A stretch of DNA of 63,115 bases, the filler included, from Olpidium bornovanus S191 (taxonomy: Eukaryota > Fungi > Olpidiomycota): NCBI GenBank assembly GCA_017911155.1. It is 31 parts of 31 records of this genome, joined end to end, with 100 filler letters (N's around TTAATTAATTAA, not from the genome) between each part and the next. Parts side by side here need not be neighbours in the genome. Positions count along the whole stretch, not along the records: positions 20,287 to 22,553 come from JAEFCI010005211.1; positions 22,654 to 23,863 come from JAEFCI010010643.1; positions 23,964 to 25,522 come from JAEFCI010011188.1; positions 25,623 to 27,072 come from JAEFCI010010873.1; positions 27,173 to 28,376 come from JAEFCI010012241.1; positions 28,477 to 30,432 come from JAEFCI010011540.1; positions 30,533 to 33,689 come from JAEFCI010007349.1; 24 more parts are not named here. One strand, 5' to 3'. A model generated the notes under the pieces. The model had not been told where the DNA came from and did not search any database. It saw nothing but the letters and a program-made list of their open reading frames with translations. The stretch's first letter is position 1, and the number at the start of each line of letters is the position of its first letter. A program made the position numbers and the translations under genes. Shown piece by piece: positions 20,288 through 31,699 of this stretch.

Positions 20288-21904
20288 ATGAAACCCTGCG
20301 TCTCCAGTCACGGCGGCGATCAGTATCTCTCGATGCAGAGCTTGCTCTTGACAAGATTCTACGCGCTCTTCTACGCCTCCATCAACATCGGAGCCATCAC
20401 GTACGTTCCAAGGAAACGATGTGGTGCCGCCCGCGCCCGACTTCCGTCTGACGTTCGTTCCGTACCGCGTATGCTGCGTGTAGCGGAGGCTACCTCGCCC
20501 CTGCGCTTATGCAGGTTGGGTGCTTCGGGGCCAATGCTTGCTACCCGTTGGCGTTTATGGTTCCTTCTGTCTTCTTTCTGGTTGCCTTGGTCGTTTTTGT
20601 TGTCGGCAAAAAGCATTACCGCATCGTGCCGCCTGCCGGTACCTTTCTTCCCTGGGTCGGCTTGAAAGCCGTTGCCAAGGCTTCGTTCCGGTTTCTGAAA
20701 GCTCCTCCCGCCGAAAGGAAGTCGACTGACGGTTGGCTGAACTTCGTCTCTGCCGACTACGGTAAGGAAACCACGCTATCCTGCTACGTAATGGCAAACT
20801 GCGGGCTAGGACTCTGACATGCCGTTTGGGCAGGCGCCGCATTCGTTTATGAACTCCGTTTGCTCGGAACGGTCATCTTTATGATTATTCCGTACATTTT
20901 CTTCTTTGTGTAAGTCCCACGTCAATGGCTGGGTCTCTTAAGGGATCAACACGATTACTGCTACATTTTACATTGTTTGACCTCTCGCAGCATCTACGAC
21001 CAAGGATTGACCGAGTGGCAACTGCAGTACGAGCATATGGACCCCTACTACATTTTCAACTGGAAGATCACTGGCGAGCTGTCAACGAACATCAATTCCG
21101 TGCTTCTCATTACTTTCCTCCTTCTGATGTCAACTTTCGTCTACCCCTTTTTGGAGAAGCGCGGCCTAATGCCGCGACCTCTGAAGCGGATGCAGATAGG
21201 TTTCTTCGTTGTCCTCCTGGCCTTCGGTCTCAGTGCCGTCCTCCAATGGCACGTCGACCGCGCATTCGAAGATGCGCTTGCGGCAGGTGGCGTCGTGCTT
21301 AATGGGGAGGAGGTGGTGCAGTGCGTGGGATGCGTCAACGGCATTTGGCAGATTCCCCAGTGGGCTATTTTGACGTTCGGCGAATGCTTCTCCACTCCCG
21401 TCGCTTTCGAGTTTGGTACGCGCGCCCGGTCTTTTTTTTTTTTTCGTCCGCCCAGGGCGCCCGTTTTTGCCGCTCTCTCTGTCGCTGACGTCCTCTTCCT
21501 TCCGTTTGCGCTGTAACACAGTCTACTCCGAAGTCGGTCCCCGTTTCCGCGCCACGGCGTCCGGTTTGTGGCTCATGACGATCTCGTTCGGGAACATGAT
21601 CATCGCCGGCTTGGAGGCCGCCATGCACGGCAGCGGCCTCACCACCCCCCAGCGCCAGGGGATTTGGTGCGCCATCGGCGCCTTCGGCCTGCTCGCGTCC
21701 GTCCTCCAGAGCCGTTTCTGGTTCGTCTACAAGGCCGACCGGACCGACCTCGGCGCCTTGACGATCCAGCGCGCGGCGCTCAAAAACAGCGACGACTCTC
21801 GCGGACACGCGCACGCCAGCGTCGTCGTCCACGATACTGCCGGCGCGCGCGAGCTCACACGAGAAAAAACTCGCGAGAGGCAAATGCTCCCCGAGAAGAA
21901 CTAG
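20288..21904 (+). CDS. PTR2: POT/PTR-family peptide transporter (5'-truncated)
   Basis: KPCVSSHGGDQY, FYALFYASINIGAI, CFGANACYPLAFMVP...KKHYRIVPPAG, IYDQGLTEWQLQYEHM, PLKRMQIG, WQIPQWAILTFGECFSTPVAFEF, WLMTISFGN. Confidence 0.95.
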
Positions 21905-22653
21905 AAATCCGGCACCTCCGCCTTTCAGCCCCCGTCGGCTCTGCGGGACGTTCACAAAAGCGATTACGAAGCCGTTTCTCGCGCCCCTTCCTTTTTGCAG
22001 CTTTTGTGGATTCCGTTCATGTTTTCGCCCTTTCCCATCAACACCCGGCCGCATTATACAGAATAGAGTAGGCGCAGAGAATTTTTTGCTTCCATTATTA
22101 GACTCATCAACGCTGCCTCTCCCTTTCGCACGCCGCACGCCCTTTTTTTTCTACAATGTAAACTGGCATTAGGGATTACGGCGCCCGCTCCCTGTGGGCT
22201 GTTGTATGTCGGGGTTTCTCGAAAGACGGCGTGTTTCTCGGTGGTCAGCAGGCCGCTCGTCCCCAACTCGAAGTTGAGCCAACGTCGTTGCCAAAAGGGT
22301 GTGGCAGATGCCGTTCGCATGGCGTAGTCGAGGTTCCCACCGAGCACATTTGATGCGAGCGGCGGAAGTTGAGCAAGCGGACGTCGGTGCCTCAAAGGGG
22401 ATTTCCGCACCGCTGCCGGATGGGCCCTACGGTTGCACGGGGCGCGACACCGTAGGCTCCTGCTTATTGGCAACCAACACCTGAAAATTTCCTGCACCTA
22501 CAGTTTTGCTCCAAATTGTATCAACCATAGAGGGTATATAGAGTTACTCCATGNNNNNNNNNNNNNNNNNNNNNNNNNNNNNNNNNNNNNNNNNNNNTTA
22601 ATTAATTAANNNNNNNNNNNNNNNNNNNNNNNNNNNNNNNNNNNNNNNNNNNN

Positions 22654-22790
22654 CATGAGCTCCTTGGGACTGAGATGAAGGTCGAGCAGGTTGCCTCGTA
22701 AGACAACTGTGCAGACCTGTTCACCAAAGCGCTGCCCGCGTCGACCCACAGGAGGTTGACTGCGATGATCGGTATGCGAAGCCTCACCCA
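22654..22790 (+). mobile_element. Ty1/copia RNase H C-terminal remnant
   Basis: MKVEQVAS*DNCADLFTKALPASTHRRLTAMIGM matches V..V.S.DN.AD.FTK.L. Confidence 0.85.
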
Positions 22791-23590
22791 ATTCAACGCA
22801 CAGGGTTAACACCTCCCAAGTGAGGACGAGTCTCTCGCCAACTGGGCAGATATGTTGGTTCGCATCGTCCGAATGCAGACGGCGCTCGAGCACTTGACTG
22901 GGTTTTCTTCCCACCTGGTTTTCCCCGCAAGGCCGAGCGCAGGCTGCACTCTTTTACCTTTGTCCGTGGTTTTTGTCCCACAGGGAGATCCCGGCAAGGG
23001 TTTGATGAGGCAGCACCGGTCTCTCAGCGGAAGCACCGGCGAGTTGCTTATTTTCCATCCTCCTTCACCTTAAACAGAAGCACTGGCAGTTGCTTTATTT
23101 CTTTCTCCTTCACCTTCCTCCAATAAACGTAGACCGCCAGTCGAGCGAGGAGGAATGTTGTAAAAGGTCTCAAACGCTCTCCTGTCTTAGAACCCACCCG
23201 AATAAACACAAAACACACCAACGGACAGAAACTCCGTTCGCAACAATTTCGACAACAAAACACGGAGGGACGGCGGCGCGCGTCGTTGGGCAAAGGGCGA
23301 AACTCAAACCAAAAACAAAACGCTCGAAAACAAGAACAAACAACTCAAAACGAACGCGGGAGGTTTCAAGGTTCACTTTTGGTGTGAGAAGGAGAGAGAG
23401 AGAGAGAACTGCGTGCGACTGCACTCCGTCGCTCGTTTTTCCCCAATTTGTTTCGCCGGCAGTTTTCTCCCGCACGTGAGAGGTGGCGTAGAAGCAGGCC
23501 GGACCCCAAATGTTTTTCTTCCACCCTCACGCGACTGCCCCCGGTTTTTGTGCCGGGAGAAAAGAACAGGAGGACGGAACGCTCCTCGCC

Positions 23591-23684
23591 ATGGCGTTGG
23601 TGCAGTGGCTGAAAGCCAAGAACTACCAGTACGAGCTCACTTTCGGCCTCTACATGCTTGATCCCTGGGAGAAAGCCTTTTTCA
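23591..23684 (+). CDS. Serine palmitoyltransferase small regulatory subunit (ssSPT/Tsc3-like), exon 1
   Basis: MALVQWLKAKNYQYELTFGLYMLDPWEKAFF followed by a GTGCGT donor; matches Y.QYEVTFGLYML.PWEK..FN. Confidence 0.85.
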
Positions 23685-23756
23685 GTGCGTGGTACCCTTT
23701 TCCCCATCTCCCGCGCCCCAAACGCCAGAGCGCTTGTTGGTTGACAGGAACTTGGC

Positions 23757-23863
<107 letters not shown>

Positions 23864-24509
23864 NNNNNNNNNNNNNNNNNNNNNNNNNNNNNNNNNNNNN
23901 NNNNNNNTTAATTAATTAANNNNNNNNNNNNNNNNNNNNNNNNNNNNNNNNNNNNNNNNNNNNCATGCCTGGAAGCTTCCGATATCAGTTGATTCAAGCG
24001 ACGATCAGCAGTATGTAACGCCATCCCAGCTGGGTGCCACGCCGCAGGCCCCGCCAAAGGGACTTCGCGACCCATCGAACATCTCACTTTGAGACGATCC
24101 CCCCTTATCCCAAGGAAGGGTGCAGCGCTCACGCGGATGGCTGCACAGACTGGAGGAATCCGCTGACCACTAGCGCCAGAGTGCCAATACAAAGGCGTTT
24201 ATAAATAGATTATTGACATACCGATATAGGTTTTACTGTTAGATTATTTTGTTAATCCCTTTTCTTTCAGTTCGCTTCTTGGCCTCGGACATTCGATCGC
24301 CCATCTCACTGAGTCTCGGGGTTTCGCTTCTCGGGCTCGGACACTCGCTCACCCACCTCACTGAGTCTCGGGTTTCGGCTTGGTCACCTCGACCACCGTA
24401 TGTTTACCAACGGTCCTCTGCAGGTGCGACTTCTGGTGACATTGTCTTTGTCGGAATTGGCCCTTCGGTACACAATTCCTCGTAATCGCCCCGGCGTCAC
24501 CTTTTACCA

Positions 24510-25522
24510 TTAGCTTGGAACGGTTTCCGCGCCGGCTTCCTGTGACCCCGGAGTCGTCGCCGAAGCGACACTCGTCGTTCCTGAAGCGCGCTGGTCGTTT
24601 ACGCGGCCGCCGCCACCTTCGGACTCCTGAGGACTCCTCACTTCGCGGGCACCGCCCGCGTCTTCGTCCTGCCGATCTTCGCCCTGGGGCGCCCTCGCTG
24701 CGGGCTCATCAGGCAGATCGTCGTCTTCGCCGCCGCTCCGCTGTCCGCTTCCTCGTGCGACGGCCGCCGTCGGCGCCGCTTTCTCGGGCGCCTGCGTTTG
24801 CAGGCCAACCCCAGAAAGCGGCCCCGCGGCCTCGTCCGCGTCTTCGTCGGCCCAGTCCGTGTTGAGCAGGTCCGCCGCGGCCTCGGGGATCCCTTTGCCG
24901 AAGCCTTTCTTGAATATTTCCGGATCTTTGGCTCTTGCGTACCGCGGGGAGGCGTATGCGTCGAAGCTCACGTCGAACTGCCGGAGCTCGGTCGGCATGG
25001 CAGAGGCATCCGCTTTGACGTCGCCCGCTCTCTTGTGCAGCGACGGGTCAAGCTGGCCTTTTTTCAATTTTTGGTTACGTCTGCGAGCGAAAGAAGAAGA
25101 AAACTTTAGTTTTTTTTTCTCCCTCTTCTTGCAGTGAGGCCACTCAGCGCGGAGGCCGCGGCGTACTTAAAGTTTGCCAGCTCTTGCTCATAGCGCTTCT
25201 CGACATTCTGCTGCGTGGCAATAGCAAATTTATTCCCTGACAGCGATCCGTCCGTCTTAACCAACTCGAATGGCAAATACAGATCTTTCGCCGAGGTCTT
25301 CTTGGCAGGCTGCAGCAGAAGTTTGGTTGGCTGAATTCGAATGAACACCGTTCCAGGCGAGAATCACAGTGCAATCAGGCTCGCCTGTTTGACATCCTGC
25401 TCTTCCTGCGCGGCACTACGGGCGACGGCCGCTGTCCGTCCGTGTTCGTCAACACCCCGCACCGGTTCGGCCGCCGGGATCTCAACGCTGGGTGCAGTAC
25501 GTTATACTCGTGTGTCAACATG
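24510..25522 (-). CDS. Hypothetical multi-exon protein (5'-truncated)
   Basis: Exon chain ...SAAQEEQDVKQ / PTKLLLQPAKKTSAKDLYLPFEL / QNVEKRYEQELANFK / RNQKLKKGQLDPSLH...AAADLLNTDWADED...AETVPS*. Family not recognised. Confidence 0.6.
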
Positions 25523-25739
25523 NNNNNNNNNNNNNNNNNNNNNNNNNNNNNNNNNNNNNNNNNNNNTTAATTAATTAANNNNNNNNNNNNNNNNNNNNNN
25601 NNNNNNNNNNNNNNNNNNNNNNGAGCCGCCGTCTCAGAAGAGGCCGGGCGCGGCAATCGAACCGTGAAAAATGAAACAAAGGGGGGGCGTCGCTGGGACA
25701 TAAAAAAACGAGGAAAAAAAAAAAAAAAAAAAAAAAAGT

Positions 25740-26950
25740 ACCGTCCGGGCGCGAGTATGGCGTTGTCTTCGTCCCCGCCGAGGAGACGCCGGTGGCGAAC
25801 ACGCTGGAGTCTGCCCAGATGATTTTGGTGCGGGAGGGCCTCGCCCGCGTTCGGGAGGATAACAGGAGGGGGGCGAAGGGCGAAGACTCCGACGCCGGTC
25901 TTGGCAGGTAATGTCGACCTTTCCGAGTTGCCCTGCGGTTCCACCTGCGGCTCTGACGTGGGCGGTCATACCGCTGCGCAGCGACATCGATTCGTTGGCG
26001 GTTCTGGAAACGAACGCGAAAGACGCGGGGAAGGGCATATGGGCGGACCCGGCGGACGTGGTACGCGTCTCCGTTTCGTTCCGGAGGGGCTTACGCACCG
26101 GCGCGATCTTCGCGCTGACCCTTACTGCGGCTTTTGCGCCGGCAGCCGAACGTCGAAACCCGGTATCAGCTGCAGGGAGACCCGCGCGAGCTGGTGGAAA
26201 AATACGGCCGATCGAACCTGCCCGGTATTTTCCGCGGTCGTCTCCCTCCCGTTTCCTCCTTGAGCCGCGCGTCTCGGGACGCACTGACAGTTGTCATGTC
26301 CCAGCTGTGGTGGAACAAGTTCGCGAAGGCTCTTCGTTCCGCTTGGTGCTGTTCCTGGAGGGCGGTCAACTACGGCAGCACGTCAACTTGCTGCTGTCGG
26401 GAGTCAAGTGCCCGGCAATTCGGATTGGCGTCCCGAACCAGCCGGACCTGGTGGAGCCGTTTGCCGAAGAGGTGCGTGCGCCGCGAGCCGCGGGGCGCGC
26501 ACGTCGGCTTCGCCGTGCGCTCACACCGGGGGCCGCCGGCGTTCCTGGTAGGCCAAGTACTTCGTGGAGAGCCGCCTTCTGCAAATGGACGTGGAGGTTG
26601 TGCTCGAGGGAACGTCCGGCGCTTCCAGCCTTGTGGGCAGCGTCATCCACCCGAAGGGCAACATTGCCGAGCACCTTCTGGCCGCCGGCCTCGCGCGCGT
26701 CCAGGAGTGGTCCTGCCCCCTGGTCACCGGAGGGGCGGCCGCGCTGCGGGCGGCCGAGAAGCGCGCAAGAGACCAGTACTTGAGGCTCTGGAAGGATTAC
26801 GACCCCAAGGCGAATGCGGATACGGGGTTCAAGGCCAAGTCTTTTGAGGCGACGGTCAGCCGGATAATCAGCGGCGACACCATCACCCTTCGGGACGACA
26901 AGAGCGGCGAAACTAGGAAGGTGCAACTGTCGAGCGTCAGGCAGCCGAAG
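25740..26950 (+). CDS. SND1: Staphylococcal nuclease domain-containing protein (Tudor-SN), internal part
   Basis: REYGVVFV...LVREGLARVRE, AKDAGKGIW, AVVEQVREGSSFRL, LSGVKCP...EPFAEEAKYFVESRLLQMDVEVVLEG...GSVIHPKGNIAEHLLAAGLARV...LRAAEKRA...RLWKDY, VSRIISGDTI...LSSVRQPK. Confidence 0.95.
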
Positions 26951-27816
26951 TGAGCGGTCCGACCGTCAGCTTTCTCCCGGGGAAGGGGGGGGGGGGGGGG
27001 GGGGGGGAATTTTGCCCCCCGCCTTCTTTTTTCCCCTCTAACGCCCCTATTCCCCCTTCCCCCCCTTCCCCCNNNNNNNNNNNNNNNNNNNNNNNNNNNN
27101 NNNNNNNNNNNNNNNNTTAATTAATTAANNNNNNNNNNNNNNNNNNNNNNNNNNNNNNNNNNNNNNNNNNNNCGCCCGTCAAAGAAGCAACGGAGGGAGC
27201 TGGAAACTGGAGGACTGGCTGCTGTATATATTTGCATCAGCTTCCTGGAGTTTCTTCTGAGTACGTTTGTCTGAGCGTCGGGTGGTCATCATGGGTGGTT
27301 TCGTGATTCACCTTGATGAAGCAGTGGCCGCCGTGGCCGCCGATCGGTTCATCATGGAAGGAAGGGAAGGGGAGCGCGCTCTCTCCGTCTTTCTCTCTAT
27401 CTCTCTCTCGCTCTCTCTAGGCGCGGCGACAGCAGGCACACATATGCACGTCGGCTCGGGCTGCAAGCTGGACCCTGTTAGGGTTAGGGTGCGCGGTGAA
27501 AGCCGACGGCTGAAAGCGCTACTCCGTGACTCTGCAAAAAACGAAGGGAACCAAACGCCATCGACCCTCCTGCCATCCTCTGCCTCCGTTCACCGGACAC
27601 CAATGCTAATGATTTTTTTGAGCCCCGCACCATTGATGAAACCCCCGCTCTGCTAAACGCGCCTCTTTTGCTAAACCTTGCTCTTTTCTTTCTCCATTGC
27701 AGCGGTTCGGGTCCGCCGCGAAGTCAGTCGGCTTTATACTCCAATTCATTTGGCTTTTTTGAGGTGAGCGGGGAGGACTGGTGTTCCGAGGCACCGCAAA
27801 CGGAAAACCGAACCGC

Positions 27817-27853
<37 letters not shown>

Positions 27854-28476
27854 GAAAGTTCGGGCACCGCGGAAATCCCCACCTGCCGACCACCGCGCCA
27901 CGCCACGCCACTCGGGAAAAAAAAAAGAGGAAAAAAAAGCCGGCTTTGTCCGGCGCCTCCCCCTGCTTCCGAAATGCCGCCTTGCTCTGCGCCCCGCTGC
28001 CGCGCCGCCGCCGCCACCGCCTGCGTGCGAGCGGCTGTTGCCGCCGCGGTCGGGAGCCGCTGCCGCCGCTGCTGCGTGCTGGGCGTCGCGGGGGTCCGCC
28101 GGGCGTCGCTCCCCGCGTCTGCGTCCCCCGCGGCAGCGCGGACGCGGCCGACGAGGGCCGCGCGGCTTGGCGAGGGTCCGCGGCGCCGACCCGTCTCGAC
28201 TTCAGAAGGGCCCGGCGGACCCGACGACGGCCCGCGGGTTCCGGCGCCGGACGGCGGTTCTCCGCGGCCGAGGGAAGAGGTGGAGTCGGCGGTACTGGAG
28301 GGCGTCCGCGGCCCGAAGCCAGGCGACCGAGGTGGGCGAAGGACCGGGGGGGGGGGGGGGGGGGGGGTGGACGTGCNNNNNNNNNNNNNNNNNNNNNNNN
28401 NNNNNNNNNNNNNNNNNNNNTTAATTAATTAANNNNNNNNNNNNNNNNNNNNNNNNNNNNNNNNNNNNNNNNNNNN

Positions 28477-30432
28477 CATGGGCTTGTCCTTGGACGCTTT
28501 GTCGCCGTCCCGCGGCTGCCACGTCTGCGGGCCGGCGACGTAGCAGAAGCGCAAGTTCACCATTTCTTAGAGGAAGAGGTCGGGGAACTCGGCGTCCTGC
28601 CTCCCGGGGCAGCCGGGGTTTTCTGATGGATCGAAAGACGGACCAGGCGGCCGTATCGATGGCGAGCTAACCGCCAAATTTATTTTTCTGTTTGGGTTTT
28701 GTGGTTTCGCGAGAGCGGACGGGAACGATGGTGCTTTACCGGCTTCGGTTTCCCACTTTTAAATGCAACCGGGGGCTTCAATTCATTACCAGTTCCTAAA
28801 CTAACAATTGGCGGTTCCATAGCGTTTGGATTTCAATCTCAACGTGATCCCGAACACGGCGGGGACCGCATCAATCCTCACGCAGGCGACCGATCTATCG
28901 TCGACAACGCGCGCAAACAATTGCGGTTGGCCTCAAAGTCCCAGCCCGGCAGCGCCATTCTGATGACTCTGGTCTGGTTTCCCAGTCTGGTTTCCCAATT
29001 TCCCAGTCTGGTTTCCCGGCCGGGCTGCCGATCGACAAGGACAGAGCCCGGCGCTTTATCGGCTCTTATCCGAGCGTTGTCCTTCGCGCTGTTTATGCGA
29101 GAAACAGTGAGGATTCATAATCATTGTTCATGTTTTTGAAAGCTTTTGTTTACTTTTCCGTCCTGAAGCCTGGCCTGAAAACGGAAAAAGAAACAAAAGG
29201 TCATGGGGAAAAAAAATGCTTCCTGTTTTTCGTTAAGGTTGTTCGTGAATTAGGCTCACCGCCGGTCTGGCCGTGAAGTTAAGAGCACTGTCTTCTGTGC
29301 TGTCCTTTGCCCTCGTGTCCAGTCCTCCGCATAGTCCCCTGGACTGTTCCCCGCGCTTGTCCGGACGCATGCGCTGCTCTGTCATCTCCTCAAGCTGTAC
29401 TTCGCACGGTCTGCCGCGTTGTCCGCCGCCCGCTGTTCGCGCTGTCTGCTCCGCACTCCACTGCTCCATCAATCGTTCCATCCATCCATCCATACATCCA
29501 TCCCTCCATCCATCCATCAATACATCCATCCCTCCATCCCTCCATCCTTTATTCCTTCGTTCCCTCCTTCCCTCCTTTTATCCTTCGGGGGGCAGCGCGC
29601 GCTGCCCGCACTGTAAGAACTGTCCTCCATTGCTCCACCAATCCTTTCATCCATCCATCCGTCCATCCTTCCTTCGTTCCATCCTTCCTTCCTTCCAACC
29701 TTCCAACCTTCCAACCGCACTGCCCTCCACTGCTCCATCCATCCTTGCACCCGTTATCCATGGTACGTTGCGGCTTGTCAGCGACGTTGTCTCGAGTTTC
29801 CTCGCGCGCCTCGCGAGTATTGGGCGTGTCCATCTCTCTCCAGAAAGCCCGCGCGGACCACGTGCTGCCAGATGGCCTTAAAGGGTCCCGAGAATGTGGT
29901 CCCGCCGGGGGGCGCCGTGCCGTCCCTGAAATCGACAACCGCGACCTTGAATGCTGCGTTGGTTGCAAAAAGGTGAGCGCACAGGATGATCTTTGACCCG
30001 GCCCCGCCATCCGCTCAAGCGCCGCGCGCTTACCCCACGCAAGGCGGGTCCTTCGCATTCGAGCCGGCGCTCCTTTGTCGCATCGTAGTCGACGACGGCC
30101 AAAATTATTTATGGCCATGAACATCTACGTACTTCCCGGCCCGGAAGCCATCAAGTAAGTCCAAATAGTCTCAATCGGCCTTCATCGATTTGCGGTGAAG
30201 GCGAGTGAATAATGGTCACTATCCGTTGAGCGAAATACGAGAAGCAAGTTGTGTTAGGGGCGGCTTCGTGCCACCAATACAAGTTTCTAAAGGGGTTCCA
30301 ACCGACCACCCTTGTATGTCTGCCGTTCAGCGGAACATTCCCGGCGCACTGACAGAAGCCACGAATATAAGCAAGCTTTCTTGAAAGAAAAGTGGGGATC
30401 AAAATGTCCGTCGTCTTCTACCAAACCCATGC
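28477..30432 (-). CDS. Probable multi-exon hypothetical protein (both ends truncated)
   Basis: Protein-like segments with splice signals: [53 protein letters not shown]...[18 protein letters not shown] and [17 protein letters not shown]. The exon chain was not fully resolved. Confidence 0.4.
29455..29745. repeat. Compound (CCAT)n/(CCTT)n microsatellite in duplicated blocks
   Basis: Runs of CCAT and CCTT, each block led by CCACTGCTCCA-like sequence at about 29457, 29626 and 29727. Confidence 0.9.
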
Positions 30433-30532
30433 NNNNNNNNNNNNNNNNNNNNNNNNNNNNNNNNNNNNNNNNNNNNTTAATTAATTAANNNNNNNNNNNN
30501 NNNNNNNNNNNNNNNNNNNNNNNNNNNNNNNN

Positions 30533-31443
30533 CATGTTAGGCTGGTTCATCAAGGTCGACCGCATAGCTAGTTCCGACGGAAACGGCAGTTCCGCCTCGA
30601 CGAACTGCTCGGCCGAGGACGGGTCGTACCTCGGCGGCGCGGAAGTGTAATTCGTTAGTTTGCTCGCGTAGTTGAGAATTTCGCTTACGCTGAGCGGCCG
30701 ACCTGGGAAAGACAAACGGCAAAAATGAAAAGGCGTTTCAGGGCTTCGCCGCCCGGAAACTTCACGAGTAGTCAAAATGCCGGAAAGTCGAAACAGGGTA
30801 GCCCCCCCCCCCGCCTCCCGGGCGCACCGTCCGGCCCCGATCTTTGGACTAGTCCGGCCTTGGCCTTCCTCAGCGCTCGTTCGAGAGTCACCTTTGCCGA
30901 ATGAAGGCGCATCACAAGGTTCACCCGAGCAGCGTCCTGTTCGGCGATCTGGTCGCGCACGTGCGCGATCCGCGCCTGAAAGGCTTGGTGCTCCTCGACT
31001 GAGTTTCACAAGGCCGCCGCACCCCGGCGCCACCGCGAAAACGAAACACGCGAGTCGGAGAAGAAACGAAGCGAAACTCGGCCCAAGTTAGCTTTTAAGG
31101 GCGGCATTCGTTTCTGTTACCCGCGCGCGTTCACGGGGACGGGCAAAAAAAATAAGAGGGGGAAAAGGGGAAGCTGGGGGGAATGCCGGGCCTTTCGCGC
31201 ACTTTTCTCCGCGTCCGCTTTCAGCAATGCCTGCAGCCGGAGGGCGCGTCTGACCAGTGAGACGGGATCGTACAACAGGTCCGCGTCCGCGAGGTCCTCG
31301 GCGACGGAATAGGGCGGTTTTGCCGGGGCTGGTCCCACCGCTGCAGGTGCTCCGAAACCGTCGGCAGCCCTCTCGATGGCATTGAGCAGGCGGGCGAGGC
31401 AGTCGTCCAGCGCGTCGAGGTGTGCTCTGGCCGAGGCGGCCAT
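30533..31443 (-). CDS. MED4: Mediator subunit 4 (3'-truncated)
   Basis: N-terminal coiled coil, then QHQAFQARIAH...LHSAKVTL, and VSEILNYASKLTNYTSAPP...ELPFPSELAMRSTL, which matches the Med4 motif LLSYA.RIS.FT..PP...P.P.E..MR.G.L. Confidence 0.85.
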
Positions 31444-31699
31444 GGCCGGCGGGCAGGCGGGGGGAAACGGAGGCAGGGGGAGGTTGAATTTGCGGGCGGA
31501 GGTCCCGTTTCGCGCGCCGCGCTTTGGGTTTTTCGTCTGCTGCCGGAGAGGCGCTGGCGGCGGGGCGAACAGGGAAAAATCCTTTAAAAGTCCGCGCCCG
31601 GCCTGGTCCCCCGACCGACGACGACGCCGCAGGACGACCGCGGCGCCGCGCGCGAGACCCCGCCCGCGCGAGACCCCGCCCGCGCGAGCCGCCGACGCC
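31444..31699. promoter_or_regulatory. Short bidirectional promoter between MED4 and CARNMT1, with a 16-bp direct repeat
   Basis: Divergent ATGs at 31443 (-) and 31700 (+). CGCGCGAGACCCCGCC occurs at 31649-31664 and 31665-31680, with a partial third copy at 31681-31688. Confidence 0.6.

Noticed and set aside
24304-24375. Short direct repeat CTCACTGAGTCTCGGG (also CAGTCTGGTTTCCC copies at 28972-29017 and TTTTTCGCGGCCGACC near 35530-35570)
   Set aside because: Local slippage-type duplications with no further structure.
27478-27489. TTAGGGTTAGGG telomere-like repeat
   Set aside because: Only two units, internal, and on the minus strand it reads CCCTAACCCTAACAG, a branch point plus acceptor.
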